64,000 nucleotides of DNA from Bugula neritina (Eukaryota > Animalia > Bryozoa). Shown here piece by piece: positions 1-14,398 of this stretch. Location of the stretch: contig OZ037772.1 in NCBI GenBank assembly GCA_964035545.1, forward strand, positions 11,034,818-11,098,817, written 5' to 3'. The notes under the pieces are model-generated. The model ran no database searches, had not been told where the DNA came from, and saw only the letters and a program-made list of their open reading frames with translations. Position numbers and translations under genes: made by a program. Positions within the stretch are counted from its first letter, which is position 1. Each line of letters begins with the position of its first letter.

Positions 1-1281
1 CTTATTAAACTGGATCACAATTATTTTAGTTTAGTTGGTGTCGAAAATTTTATATTTCAACACAATCTGCTGCAAACACTGTTTTGAATTTGTAAAAGCT
101 TTCACACATTCTACAATATTTTGGCAATTATTTAACCTAAGTTTTTGAATACAAAGTTAATTGAAGGGCAGAAAGAAAATAAGTCTGGAAATAAAAATTT
201 TAAATGAGGCTTTTAAAATATGAAACAAATATGAACTAAAATTAAGTTCTTTAAAGTTAATATACTCCAATACAGAGCGTACATAGCCTGTATAATCTGT
301 ACCTTTAAATTGATGCTATATTTGTCATGAGAAGATAACTATATGAATAGCTGAAGGGTTAATTCAACATTCTGAAAATTCCATATGACATTTATTACTC
401 ATTGTTTAGAGGGAAAAGAACATAATATATATGTAAACAAATGATTAAAAAATATACTTATTATAAATATTGACTTCAAATTATATGGAACTGTTATTAT
501 ATTTATTTTTATAGTTGCAGTAGCAAAAAATTATAATATAATATTATTTTTGTGTTTTTGTACTTTTATTCCAAGATAAATAAATAAACAGGGCACAAAG
601 TAAACATTATGCATTGCTTGCATAGATCTTTCAAGATTAAACTATAAATGTAATAAACACAAATAGCTAGGGGAAAGCCTCAAATATATGACAAGGCATA
701 GCAAGCTATATTGCAATGTTCTAACAATTAATGTAATTTTACTTGATATACAATATAGCAAAATACACTATAATATAACACGATTTTATATAATAAGTTG
801 CATTAAGCAATTGTTATGGATAACTACATTTCGACTTGAAGGTAGGCCTATTGGTTTTCAAAACAAAATTAAACGTCAAAACCCTTATAATTTGATAACC
901 ACCATTTGTGAAAATTTGTTCCTAAACTTTAAATCAACATTATAAATTTAGTTCAATCAGAAAAAAAATGTAGTTTTTTCAGATTATAAATGCCACTCAG
1001 TAGTTAAGTTGTGAGAAAGCAACCATTCAAACATATTAAAACACAATATTGTGTCACCTGGCTGATATTTTCTCATTCATGCAAAATATTTTATAGTTAA
1101 AATAATTTTATACATTAGTCACACAGCTACAACAGACACATATAAAACTTCTATATGTGGGAGGCAATGAAAGAGCTCCCCTACTATGTATAGCTTTGTG
1201 TATGGAGCTCAGACTACAAGCACTTGCAGAGTGATGACACAGTATTTGATAAATTGTCGTCACATGATGTGTCAGTGTACT

Positions 1282-1291
1282 TGATTGGCTG
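1282..1291 (-). promoter_or_regulatory. CCAAT box (NF-Y consensus CAGCCAATCA) upstream of innexin first exon
   Basis: TGATTGGCTG on + strand about 190 bp before the proposed ATG, in a locally GC-richer patch. Confidence 0.4.
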
Positions 1292-1474
1292 AGGACTGTA
1301 GGGCCTATAGACTAGAGTTGTTATGTGTCAAATTGTAAGAAATTCATTGCTGGTGCAAGCACTAATCTTGAATGTTCTTCACAAGAATAGAAGTGACAGG
1401 TGATAGCAGGTGACAGCAGGTGACAGCAGGTGACAGAAAAGAGACAGTGCTATTAACTTCATGAAATATTCAAA

Positions 1475-4400
1475 ATGTCTAACAGACCAGTAAGTATTAC
1501 ATCTTTTTATAGATCTTTCTTGTCCTATTGTGTTGCAAAATATATAATTATATAAAATTTATTTACTTCAAAAACAGTAAAATTGTGCAAACAGCACAAA
1601 TACCATATTTAACTTTTTCAACCTTTTTGTATGAAGCAATTCAATTTTGAAATGCTTTCTTTCAAAATCTCGTAAAATTTGCTAATGTGAGTTGAATATA
1701 AATTGCCAGCTGCTCTTATTCAAAGCGTATAGTAAGCTTTCAAGAAAAATTACTTTTTCTGGAATAAAGTAATTAATATTTTCTATTAAAACATTGAAAC
1801 AATAAAAAATTTACTTGCTTATGCTCACTTCCAAGCAGATGTTGAGTTACTAAAATGCAGTTTTGAAACTTTAAAAACGTTCTCAATCATGCCTGTCCAT
1901 TAGCAAAACTTCTGAAACTAGTTTTCAACTTTATCTCAAATGCCAACTGCTTTCTGCACATATTTTTAACTTCTGAATTTGTCTTGTCGCTCAAAATCAA
2001 AAGCTGAACCTTTAATAATATAAATTGAAGAACTTTTGAGAAATTATGATATGTTAAAAATTTATATGTATATAATTTTTATTGTATGTTTTATACTTAA
2101 ATATTGTATTAGAATAATAAGTATATATATATATACTATATTAATATTTATATTATGTTGTGCTTTTTATTTTATATATATTATGTAGTCTATATTGTAT
2201 TATAAGTATTATTTTTTTATATTAAAGCAAAACCATTAATTGGGCTTTAATTTTCAAACTTTTCCCTAATAATCCAACAAAACAAACCATCATCATTCAT
2301 GTTTCATCGCAATATTCATAGTATACTGTCTGGTATTTAGCGAACATGCCCTGTTCTAGCATAGCCTCTGTGAAGCTTTAGCCTTGTTTTATTTCTTATA
2401 TCTTGTCTCTTGGTTTGATGGGCGAGTTTACCAGCAGTAAACTTTTGGAATAAGAAGCCTGTGTTATAGAACTGCAAATATTTTGAATAGCAATAATTCT
2501 TAGTAGATTTTGTGGCATAAAAAGTAGTTGGGCTGTAAAATAGTTGTAAGCATATTTTAAACCCAAATACCAAACTAAAAAATATAAACCCAGCTATACA
2601 TGTTTCCCGAACTGCACTTGTAGCACTATAGCACTGCAGTTTGCAGTTTACAAAATTGACAAGCCTTAACGCAATTGATTACTGAGTAATTGAAAAAAAC
2701 AGCACACAACATAATATTGAAATAATTGCCATGATAGCATAATAACACATAACATGTGCAATGTTAAAATTGTCTCTGGTTTTTATACTGAATTAACGTC
2801 TTCATTTCTATTTTTAGAAAAAACATTAACCACTATAATTTAATTATGAGTAAAAACTTATGCACTCTTATAGCGTTCAAAAGCAATTTCAACAACAATT
2901 TGAGAGATTAAAACTTTCATGACTAAAGTAATAATATTTTGTGTTTGGGAGACTGAGGGAAGGGTCCGGAGATGAAAGTATATGAGGAATAAGTAGAATA
3001 GTAAATACCCGAAATAACATAGTTATATTTTTGTTGTTGTAACATGTTAGTTTAATCTATCAGCAACTAGCATGGCATTATTATTCTCAAGTGGAAAATA
3101 CCCACAGCTAGTCTCAGGATCACAGCTATTCTCAAAAAACACCAGACTATTGCCATGATCACAGGCCACTGTGACACTTGTTTTTAGACTTATCTGTCAA
3201 CAAGGTATTGTCTTAAATAGACTTTCCTGTGGCTAAATGAGTGCCAAGAGGCAAATTCGTCTTGAGAGATGAGACATCCTTTTTATATAAGCATAGTAGT
3301 AATAGCTGTAACTTATATAGACAGTATGTCTTATTTGTTGATCAAGAGACCAGCAATAACAGCATGATGAGCTATAGTGCCTCAACATGTAAATAAAATA
3401 CCACATCTTGCTCAGCTAAAATCACCATCACAATATATTCATAGATATTATTAATTCATAGGAATAACATTTTTATTTATAAATAAGTAAGTTAATTGGT
3501 TTATCTTTTATTTGTTTGACCATCTTATAAGTGCAAATAATAAACAGTACTTTTTTGCATTTTGAGTTGATAGGCATTTGGACATAGCATTTATAGAAAA
3601 CCGAGTGTAAAAACTGAAAATGCAGTTTGCCTTTTTCTATTACATATTGAATACAATATAAAAGTAGATAAATTTCTGTTTGACTAAGTCATTTTAAAAC
3701 TTAATTCAAGATAATGTTTTAACTACCAAATAATTTTACGACTCTTGCAGTTGCAAGGCAGCCATCACTATAAATAAGCTGAAATGGGTAGATAGCTTTT
3801 TTTACTAAAGCTTGAATACAATATAAAAGTAGAAAAAAATACAGATTGCTTTATTTACTGTAAAAGATTCCAATATCAAATCCTTCTCCAAACCCCTGCA
3901 GTTGCAAAGTTGCCATGAATATAAATAAATGGCAAGCAGGAAAAAAGCAGCAATTAAAGTCAAATAGTCAGAAAATTCCCAGAACAATGGCAGCTAGGGT
4001 AACTCTGGTATGTGGGGTAAGCATGGGAAAATGTAGTTCTCCAAGTCTTGGGCTGCTTTAGGAATAATATTCTCTACAAACGCTGCCAACTCCCATCCAA
4101 CAAAACAACAACATAGAGCTAATTAGTTTTTAAACTAAATAATGGATGTCTTTCCCATGGCCGCTGACAGCTAACTTATTGATAGAGTATTATGATATAC
4201 GGCTGCAGCAGGTCCAACTCTGTAATTATCATTAAATTGTAAAGAAATAGTGATTAACCAGCCACCATAGAGTATATAGCTCAAACATACTAATAGTGGT
4301 ATGACTATCAACAGAGCTTCATTTAATCTAATAATAGCTGCAGTATAGATTTAAATAGAAATATATTTGGGGGCTTTTGATTATAAGTATAAGTTCATAA

Positions 4401-7400
4401 TGTTAATGCATATTTATGTACTTAATATATATATGTTGATATTACTGCTGTTTTTATTAGTTTCTATATTGACATATGTATTAACTGCATTGATTTGCAT
4501 TAACATGTATATTAAGCCATTAAGTAACATACAAATATAATGCTCATATATTAAATATAGATAATATATGTTTATATATATTATTTATATATATTTATTT
4601 AGTCTATATGAAACTAGATGTAATTATATTAACTACACCATTCAGTAAAATGCAATTATTATAATAGTGAATTATTTTATTAAGCTAATTCATGCCTCCC
4701 CCCCCCTCCAACTACACATGTATATTGTTAGTGTAAGTAAGTTTTCTGGCTATTGTTGTTGGTATAAATAGGTTCTCTGGTTATTGTAGTTAGCCACTTT
4801 CTTCTCGGCTTTGAGAAATGGAGCTAAGTTGTTGGAGAGAAGAGATGACGATGGATACGATAGACTAAGTAACAGATACTCTATAGGTACAAGATAGTTA
4901 TGTCTACATGATGTATTCTCTTTTACCTACTTACTGAATGAAATGCTATGTACTTTTGCTTTATAAGCCTTGGAGTTGAACATTTAAAAAACAATTTTAT
5001 TAGGTTTCGGTTCATACTTGAATTAAAATATTTTTACTTCAACAATTATTACTAACAGACATGAATTTAGGTTAAAATCGCAGCATGTTTAAATAAAAAA
5101 AACTTATTGGGTGTGAAAATTAAATCAATTAAAAGTGTGAAATTTTAAATCAAAATTTGATTCTTTGCAGTCACCTTTTTATAAAACTGTGTTGGCATTT
5201 TGTAAAGTTGCATATTTTGTGTACCGCAGTAGGCTTATCTAAAGCTGAGTCATATGTCACTGATACTAGAGTTGTCTGCCTTACCAATACTATATCTGAA
5301 CGATAATTAATAGCTATAACTATTGGTACTGTATGCGTGTGTTGATAAAAGTCCACCATTAATGCAAACCATCACAAATAAACAGGTTGGAAATAATGCA
5401 CTTATTATATAAATATCCTGATAGTGTATTTATAGTTTTCTTATACTCTATGTGAGTTTTGCATGCACTAAATATATATACAATGTATAGTCTGAGATTG
5501 TATTTATATACTCTACGTAGTTTGGGGGTGTGCTTACAGCTATCGTAGTGATGATGTCTGGATTTGTTGGAATGAGGGCTTACGTTGGAGAAGCTATAGT
5601 CTGCTTTCCTCCCGGAGAATTCACCATCAAGTGGAGAAAGTTCGTCGACAACATGTGCTGGGTATGTCAATGTCAAGGTCAATTTCAAGGTCAACGCTGG
5701 ACCCTTCAAGGGGAGATTGTATATTCATCTATATTAGAGCCTACATGCTGACTATCATAATATTTTATTGTGCCTTAATACTCTATACAAAGTATTAAAA
5801 TAAACAAAGGTATACATATAATTATTGTCTTTTATCTAAATTGTTTGCTTCCATACAAGACTTTATTTTAAATTATATTATTGAACAGGGATTCTTTATA
5901 GATTTAGATTTTACTAAAACATAATACTTGAATATTGCTTCATAGGGCCAAACAGTAGAAAAGCCCAGTATTTGATATTTTTATCATATGTAGAATCTAG
6001 GCTATATATGATAGTGTAGACTGTAGAGTGTAGAGTGTATAAGATATAGAATAGAGCATAGACTGTAGACTAGAGAGTGTAGACCGTAGAGTATAGAGTG
6101 AAAAGTATATATTGTAGAGTATAAAGTGAAGGACATCGTGTGTAGAGTAGAATGTGAATGTAGTGTGTACTTTATGTGAGTAGAGAGTATATAGTGCAGA
6201 GCCTAGAGTATAGAGTATAGAGTGTACATTATAGTGTAAAATGCAAAATGTAAACCATAAAGTGTAAAATGAAGAGTGTAGAGCATAGAGTGCAGAGCAT
6301 AGATTGTAGAGTATAGAATATAGAGTATAAAGTGTAGAGTATAGAATATAGAGTATAAAGTGTAGAGTATAGAATATAAAGTATAAAGTGTAGAGTATAG
6401 AATATAGAGTATAAAGTGTAGAGTATAGAATATAGAGTATAAAGTGTAGAGTATAGAATATAGAGTATAAGGTTTAGAGTGTAGAGTATAGAGTACAAAC
6501 TAGATTATAGATTGTAGAGCAGATTATCTTCACACAGCTAGTATATATTCAACCTTCATATTATTCCTATAGCACTACACAGCTATATATAGAAGTACTT
6601 ACCTATGCAAGTATATTATATACCTAGCTGTTAGCATATAGTCATCTACCATAGCAAAGTATCTACCCTTGTAGACTGTGAACACGTACTACGTGCCCCC
6701 TGACCAAGATATCATACCTGACAAGTCCTTAGTCTTAGATCCAGAAAATGTAGAGCGGTACTCAGAAATGTTACAGTACTATCAGTGGACGCCCCTCATA
6801 CTAATGTTCTGTTCCGTCACATTTGCAATACCTGGTAGGTTGGACTGAGTTCTCCAATTTGAATAAATCATTTTATAGCAGTGGGAATGGCAGTAAAAAC
6901 TATCTGTAAAACATAAATTTAGCTGCAGTTTTTCTGCTTGGATTAGGTTTTTAATTATGATAGCAATAATTATGAGAATTTTAAAATTTGAGCTTTCATC
7001 TCAAGCAATCAATGGGTTATAGTCTGGCAGAACTGGGGATTAGGTTCGCAATGTCGGATAAAGTTTTTTTCTCTTTTGATTATTTATCTTGAGGGTCCAG
7101 GTAGATGTTTCCAGGTGGGTGTGGACCTGCCACCCTTGAGCATTTCGAGAAATCCAAGATGGCCGCCAATTATGGAAAAATCGTAATCTTGTCGGCATAA
7201 AGTCTATATTATGTTGCAAAAACAAAATTTTTTCTGATGATTAAAATAGATGTGCATTTTTAGAATGAATATGTGCCATGCCAGTAAAAAAGGAATCAAA
7301 TTAAAAAGCCAAGAGACATGTTTCTCAGCTCAAAAATCAGAATTGCTTTAATAAAACATCACATATGGTGCAGAAAAATGATACAAGGTTTTTGAATAAC

Positions 7401-10400
7401 TGTTTGGACACTGGACAGATATATAAAGAAAAACATTGCTTATTGCTAGTAAATAGAAAGTGAAAAAAAGATACAGATGCAACATATTGCTCAGCTAAAG
7501 TTAAAATTGAACATGTATAATTATAGTTGTACAAATGCGACAAACTTTCGCTCATGTTCATATTAAACACCTTTTTCATTTTTTTCCATCATTAGCATTT
7601 GTTAGAAATGTTAGTTCATTGCAGCACACTCCTGTTACTGCTTCACAAGGGCAGAACTCTGTGCATGGGATAGATGTACTAGAATAGCCATATCGTGTTG
7701 TTTTGCATAATTGTTGGCTTCCACAGGAACATTAATTTAATAAATTTCGGCCATTTTACTTTATTTAGTACACATCAGCAGATTATGATCAAAATTTTTA
7801 AAGTTTGCTTAAAATTCATGAAAACTTTCTATATGGGGTAATATAATTTGCTGATTCTATCTTATGCATAACAAAAATGACTGGAAAGAGGTCCTGCAAC
7901 ATTTAAGCGCGGCGTCATTGTCATACGAGCTAAATATACATTTGTGAATCATCAGGGCCTATATGATATCTTAATGTAATAATAAATTAGAAATAGACAT
8001 AGAAAATCATGCATAATTGGAAAAGCCTTAATTATTCAGTTTTATTTGTTGGAATTTTGATAGTTTGAGGCAAAAATCTATATACAATAGCAGCTGAATT
8101 GTAAAAAATCGCCAAAAGCTAGAGTCGTCGAGTGTACACCAAATTAACTAACATGATCCACTTCATAATACTGTCTGGTGTCAGCACAACATCATTTCCT
8201 ACTCCTTTTGGGAAAAGAGGTTCTATTAAATTCCCTATCACCTACCAATGTTCTAGTGGGTTTAATGCCGCAGTTTCATATGGCTACCTGGAGGTGTGCT
8301 CTGGTGACATTGTCCAATAGCTTCATCTGTAGGAGGCAAAGCACATAAGTTAAAGGCACATTGCAAATAGCATTGCTGACCTTGGTTTTCCAAGCCTGTT
8401 GTCTTGTAGATGTCATGGAGGAGCACTTTGCATAATTGTAGCAACATAGCATAAACTTGGTAGCTTGTATAAATAGTAATCCTGAAAAAAAGCACTAGTG
8501 TCACCAAATCACACTTTCCTTCTACCAAGACATTTAGTATGACTCCCTTTCCAATATTTTACATTGTTGCCCCTGAGAGGCCATGGGAAGGCAGCAAATT
8601 GTTCAATATAGGGCTTTGTCTCAGACTTTCTCACCCAGTACGCTGTGGTCCAGGATGAGTAGCGGTTTTGCAGGGCACCAAGTGCTATCAGAGAGCGTCA
8701 TCTGATTCTATTGTCAACATCTTAATCTGAGAAGCCACATTTCAGTAGGCCATCCTTCACTGTATCCATTAATCTTTTTGGCCCCCCCTCTCTTTCTCTG
8801 TATCTTCATCTCAGCCACCATTATAATATCTTCCTGTCCATACTATTGAAGAGGTCTTCTCCTCATGTCTATTGCGATAGCTTCTATTTTGGCCTCCTCC
8901 TTTATATTATCATTTGTTACATGGTCTTCCCAATTCATATTGTAAATTTTTCGAAGCATCCTCATCTCAGTTGCATTTATCTGCTTCAATATTGACAAGA
9001 GCAACTGGGTGGCATCATTCTTTGAGTGGGTCATTGCAGAGTTCAATCTTCCGTTTGACAGACTCCCTGTCCTTTGAATGAGATTGGATTCTTGATTGCA
9101 TCTCATCCTTATGAGTAGTGAAAGCATTTATTTCAGGCTCATCCCTGATGTCACTGAGGCCATACTGTATCTTGTTGCATGCAGAAGTGCTGTACACTCA
9201 CACCTTAAAAGTTTCGGATTTAGTAGTGATGCCAATGATTCCCCCTTGCTGTGACCAAATCTCACGAAGGTCACCTCAATGGTCATGTCCGACCAGATGC
9301 CGTCGAGCTGGCCGCGTTTATGATGCTTTGTGTGATTACTAGCCGCGAATTCAATCCTTACATCTTGTGGCATGACCTCCACGCTCTGCAGATAGTGCAG
9401 TTCCTTTTCCATTGCTAAGTGTAAGGCCCAGCCTCATTCTCTAACAGCTATGATGTGGGTGTTGATGGTAAAAATTGGTTCAATAAATCACATGGCCCAC
9501 AGTTTTGCTGTTCTTGAGTTCTCTGCAATCTTAATCAACATCTTTTCAAGCTTCCTCATGCTAGTGATTACACTTTCATCAAGACTAGCTTTAACAGTTC
9601 TCCCACCAATATTCTCAGACTTTGTGCATTCTGGAGAAACTTTTTCTATTTAGCATTTTGGAGAAACCACCAAAAGTAGAATTAACTACTTCTACCAAAT
9701 CACTTTCAGCTATTAGTGTTCCAGTGCACCTAACATAGGTAGGTCATTAAAAGAGGAGAAATTAATAGTAAACGTTAATGAAAAGGGATTGGTATGAAAA
9801 AGGTAGAGAACCACTGTTCTAATAGATGTATTACTTCCCTCAGCATGAAATACATTTTCATTCATAAAAAACTGTTTAAAAATGCTTTTAGAGGAAAATT
9901 CAAATGTGCTGATTGTAGAAATAGTTTTCGAGAGCAAAAGTGTCAATATTTAGATAGATGATGTGTCAATAATAAAGCAATTAAATTATGTTAAGAAGCC
10001 ATGGTGCTGTGTTATTAAGGTTTTTGACCCCTTTTTATAACTTTAAAAAACATAGCTAAAGTTTTAAAATTGAAAATAACTATTAAGTTGGCAGCTCAAC
10101 AAACCTTGTCGATAGGCATGTCAGTTGGAAATAAATTGCTATTTAGCTCATATGGCAATGACATTGCATTTTAAGTTTGCAGAACCCCTTTCAGCTTTAT
10201 TTGGTGGACATATTTGTAATCAGCATATAAAATCACACCATATAGTAAATTTTTATAAAGTTAGAACAAACTGATGCAAAGATGCAAGGAAATTATAAAC
10301 ACGGCAAGGCTAGATTAAACTTGAAAAAATGAATGATTAAGGTTTAGCTTAGTTACCCTTGGGTATCATTTGCCTATTACTCAATAATACATATGATAAA

Positions 10401-13378
10401 GGCACATGCATCTTTATTATATTAATTTCTAAAGATTTCAAAGCATTGAAACCTTAAATTTAGCCCCAAAGGGTAGGTACATTTGAATTAGAAAAAATCG
10501 TTTGGTGCCTGGCGGCCATCTTGAATTTCTCAAAATGCTCAAGGGTAAGAAGTCCACACCCACCTAGAAACATTTACCTAGACCCTATATTTGAATAATC
10601 AGAAGAGAAAAAAACTTTATCCGGGAGTGCGAACCTAAGTCAAAAAGTGGCATTTTTCTGCCAGACTATTATCAGAAATTATATGGAAGTGACAATCTAT
10701 GACGAAAACAAATTCTATACAATATCAAAACATATTATATTATAGTATCTTTATATTGTATTATATCCTCAAGTAATATAATAAGTTATATTATAATATT
10801 ATAGTATACATCTATTTATATTTTAAAAAGTAAAAAAAAATTGTTTTGATTAAAATAATAAACAATTAAGGGTTTAATTTTTGATAACTTAAACTTTTTT
10901 TCTTTGCTGTATTCATTTAAAGTTTAGTTTTATAAATCAACTATAAGTAATTATACTTTTGACGCAGCTGATTAAACAATTACACTATAATATATTGTTT
11001 TATAATGCATTCAGCCCGAATCTGGAGCTGGGTAAGCAATAGTGGAGGATACCAGGTGCAGGCAATGGTGCAAGCCACCAAAGGCACCACCAACGTCAAC
11101 CCTGAGACTAGAGACAAAACCGTTAGGTACTTGGTGGCTCAGATGGACAGACTGTTGGGTTACAGACGGCCCCTGGCTAAGAAGGTGAGTAGAAACACAG
11201 TCTAGAGTGTAAACATGACATGTGACTAAGCATGAGTGACAGTTGGTGACAAGTGATCATGCCTGTGACAAGTTGCTGCCATACCTGTGATGGGCTGTTA
11301 CAGGTTGTGAAAGATTGTTGTGCATTTATAATTACTGCTACTGTGGTTTTTAATTGGTTTTTAATTGGTTTTTACATGCTTTTTCAAAAGAATATTGTGC
11401 TACTTTTAATTATTATAGAAACTCATTTTAAATACAAAAAACGCTTTGATTGAAACAAAAACATTTTGAACTTTTGCTAATAGATATTATGTTTTAATGT
11501 TTTTCAAGAAATTATTGGTTTCATGAAAAACTTGTTTGACAATGTTATGGAAAATACATGAAGCAGCTGATGGTTCTGTGGTGAATTAATATGATACCAT
11601 TCAAATGTATTTTAGGGAATTATTGGCTCGATGAGAAAGCAGGGCAAACCACTTGGAGTTGGTAAAAGATTTGGTAGTTTTCTGTTGCCAATGTACCTGA
11701 TAGTCAAGTTGCTGTATATTGCTAATGCTATTGGACTCATCTTCCTTATGGATAAGTTCCTCGGTGAGTATATCTTTTGTCACTACATCTGCACAGTGGG
11801 GATAGGCTGGTGCTTGCAGGTGTAAAACTGACACACTATACTCTCTAATATAGGCACAACTATTCTAGTAAATTCTATAGCATAAAGAATGTAGTAGTAC
11901 CATGCTAACATATATAATTTTAGCAGCAGACACCTGTTAGTAGCTGTCAATAACATGTCTGACTGCTAAACTTTGTAGGAATTGACTTTGTCAACTATGG
12001 CTCCGATATCGTCAAGAGTGTACAAGACTCGGACTATAAAATGCCGTCCAGGTTTCCCTATGTGACTCTCTGTGACTTCTTCATCAGACGTACGGGACAC
12101 AACGTGCAGAGATATACGATACACTGCGTCCTACCCGCCAACATATTCAATGAGAAGGTGGGCAAAGTTTATGTGATGAATCTTCACTGTATCTTGTGTT
12201 ATCATGCCACACATGCACAGCCTTTTGAATATCTTATTTTGTATATGTTATTTTAACTTCTAGCAGACGAGATGTAACTACCTTGTGGTAAATATAGATT
12301 TCTAGACTTGGAGTTGTCTGTACTTTGACTAATGGCTGTTTTATTCCAGTGTTTTATGTTCCTGTGGTTCTGGTTGGTGTTTGTGGCTGCTGCCAGTACT
12401 ATTGGTCTCATACTCTGGCTGTTTACTGCCTGCTCTGGTGTGAATATGAGCTTCACTAAGAAGTACCTGGGTATCATGGGGCGTCTGGACAACAGTGAGT
12501 AACTCTTCTATTAGTAGACAATGGTAAGTAAGTATTTTATTTTTAAGTAAATATTCTGCTATAGTAGGCAATAGTAAGTTAGTTCTTCTATTAATAGACA
12601 ATATCTAGTAAGTAACTCTTCTGGTAGTGACCATGTTGTAAGCTTTATATCTATTTCACATATAAAATCCAGACAAGTAAATTTAGTCTGCGATATAATA
12701 TAGATACTGATATTTATTATGTATTATATGTCTTTGCACTTAGACTGAGATCAATATTACTTTCTAACAGGAGATCGGGATACTGACCACCTGCTCCACA
12801 GCTTTGTCCATGAATATCTCCGCCAGGATGGCATCTTCTGCATGAGACTGGTTATAAAGAACACCAATGATGCCATAGGTATGTGACATGTTTGTGACTT
12901 GAAAGTGATATGTACTGACAAATAGTGAGATGCTAGTGACATGGTAGTGACATGTAGTGACATCGTAGTGACATGTAGTGACATGCGAAATGGTAGTGAC
13001 ATGTGACAGGGTAGTGACATGTGATGTAATATTGACATGTAGTGACATCGTAGTGACATGTAGTGACATGCGAAATGGTAGTGACATGTGACAGGGTAGT
13101 GACATGTAGTGACATGTGACATGGTAGTGACAGGTAGTTACAGGTGGTGACAAGTAGTGACAGGTAGTGACAGATAGTGACAGGTAGTGACAGATAGTGA
13201 CAGGTAGTGATATGTGATGTGGTAGTAACCAATACACTGTCTACTATGTGCAGGAGGAGAAATCTTTGCTGCCTGTTGGGATCACTTTCTACTCACACGG
13301 AAACCTCCGCCAACGTTTGAGCCGTACTCAAGTCCGACAAAGCTGTTGAGACAAAGTAAGATAGAGCAAGCTCTGTAA
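1475..13378 (+). CDS. inx: Innexin (invertebrate gap-junction protein), 10 coding exons
   Basis: Phase-consistent GT-AG exons: 1475-1489 (MSNRP, least certain), 4790-4886 (LATFF...RRDDDGYDRLSNRYSI), 5540-5661 (YVGEAIVCFPPGEF...VDNMCW), 6675-6834 (TVNTYYV...LQYYQWTPLIL, innexin YYQW signature), 11015-11184, 11616-11763 (YLIVKLLYIANAIG), 11979-12157 (FPYVTLCDF...HCVLPANIFNEK), 12350-12494 (FMFLWFW), 12771-12878 (YLRQDGIFCMRLV), 13254-13378 (TAA). Two Cys in each extracellular loop. Confidence 0.95.
6010..6520. repeat. Degenerate TAGAGTA/TAGAATA low-complexity tandem repeat (28-bp higher-order unit in its core)
   Basis: AGTGTAGAGTATAGAATATAGAGTATAA repeated about 6 times. The same family occurs at 25820-26285 and, reverse-complemented, at 61440-61690. 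Confidence 0.9.
7020..10668 (-). mobile_element. Decayed DNA transposon, Academ-like, in innexin intron 4
   Basis: About 150-bp imperfect TIRs (TAGTCTGGCAGAA...TTAGGTTCGCA...CAAGATGGCCGCC at 7020-7167; its reverse complement at 10511-10668) and TTA on both flanks (7017-7019, 10669-10671). Frameshifted - strand transposase-like remnants: SRTAKLW, GWALHL, GIWSDMTIEVTFVRFGH, HKDEMQSRIQSHSKDRE..CNDPL, HGLSG/IGKGV, LPPTDEA..RAHLQVAI. The superfamily call comes from recalled motifs, the TAG termini and the 3-bp TSD. Confidence 0.75.
8612..8990 (-). mobile_element. RTE-clade non-LTR retrotransposon 3' fragment nested in the DNA transposon
   Basis: Translates to KQINATEMRMLRKIYNMNWEDHVTNDNIKEEAKIEAI...RKRGGPKRLMDTVKD, typical of RTE ORF2 C-termini. 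Ends in GGTGAGAAAGTCTGAGA. Confidence 0.8.
12935..13228. repeat. GTAGTGACAT/GTAGTGACAG minisatellite in innexin intron 9
   Basis: About 10-bp unit repeated more than 25 times. It explains the His/Cys/Thr-rich spurious ORFs. Confidence 0.9.
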
Positions 13379-14398
13379 CTTGCATCAGTTACTCATCTAG
13401 CTGCTCATTGGCTGGTTTGAGTCGGCTCAGTTTCTTAGCCTGAGTTCTGAAAGTGACCACCACTTTGACTATCAACATAATGTTAAATGAACATTTCTCT
13501 TACATCTGTTCCATTGAGTGTGCATATTAATAAAATTGCTATATATGTAAGTTATTAATATTCTTTCAATCTTTGCAACTTTCTATCATTTCAATGCAAA
13601 TTTTATTTTATTATGTAGCAGCGAATTTTCTGTTACCATCAGTTTTTCAAGCTAAGCGTATATATATACATTTATACTTGACTTTTCCATATATCAAATA
13701 ATATTGTTTTCCAATGTTGTATTAAAATATATTCAGTGATTATATAATATTCAGTGCAACAATACATTTTTAGTCACAAGAGACTTTACAGCTTTTTGTA
13801 ACAGGCATATGATATGATGAGGTGGTTAGGGATGACATGATCACTATGTTGGTGAAAGCTATCAATAGCTGTAATTCTAAAAGCTATCATGATCCTTTAA
13901 TTCTGGTCCAAATGAAGTGAAATTTTTTATACAAATGATGGTAGTATTATCTGTAAGCCAAGTCTCTGATTATGTAACCAAAGTTTTAACACAAAATCTG
14001 CGGGTTGAAAATGCCACAATAACATAGTATTATAACTTTCATGGGTGAAGGCATGCAAACAATATTTTATTGACTTATTACTAATCTAAAAGCATACATC
14101 ATAGATAATATTAACCAAACAGTTATTGCTTTTCTTTGGTAACAAATTATGGTATCAGTGTATGAGCACACATATTATATCACCAGTGTTACTCTCTTAG
14201 CATTTAATAAAAGACATATGAGGAGTTGCTTAACCCTTCACCATAACTATATTTGAACAATTAAACATTATAACATATATATTCCAATACTACAATAACG
14301 TAAGATAAAAGAAAATACTTGAGTATTTATATTATATGTATGTTACTACGAAACTGTTGTGTAAGAGCATGAATCAATGCCAGGAAATTCCTTGAATG

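Noticed and set aside
12757-13237. His/Cys-rich - strand ORFs (metal-binding-like)
   Set aside because: Open in several frames because of a 10-bp minisatellite; antisense to innexin exon 9 and intron 9.
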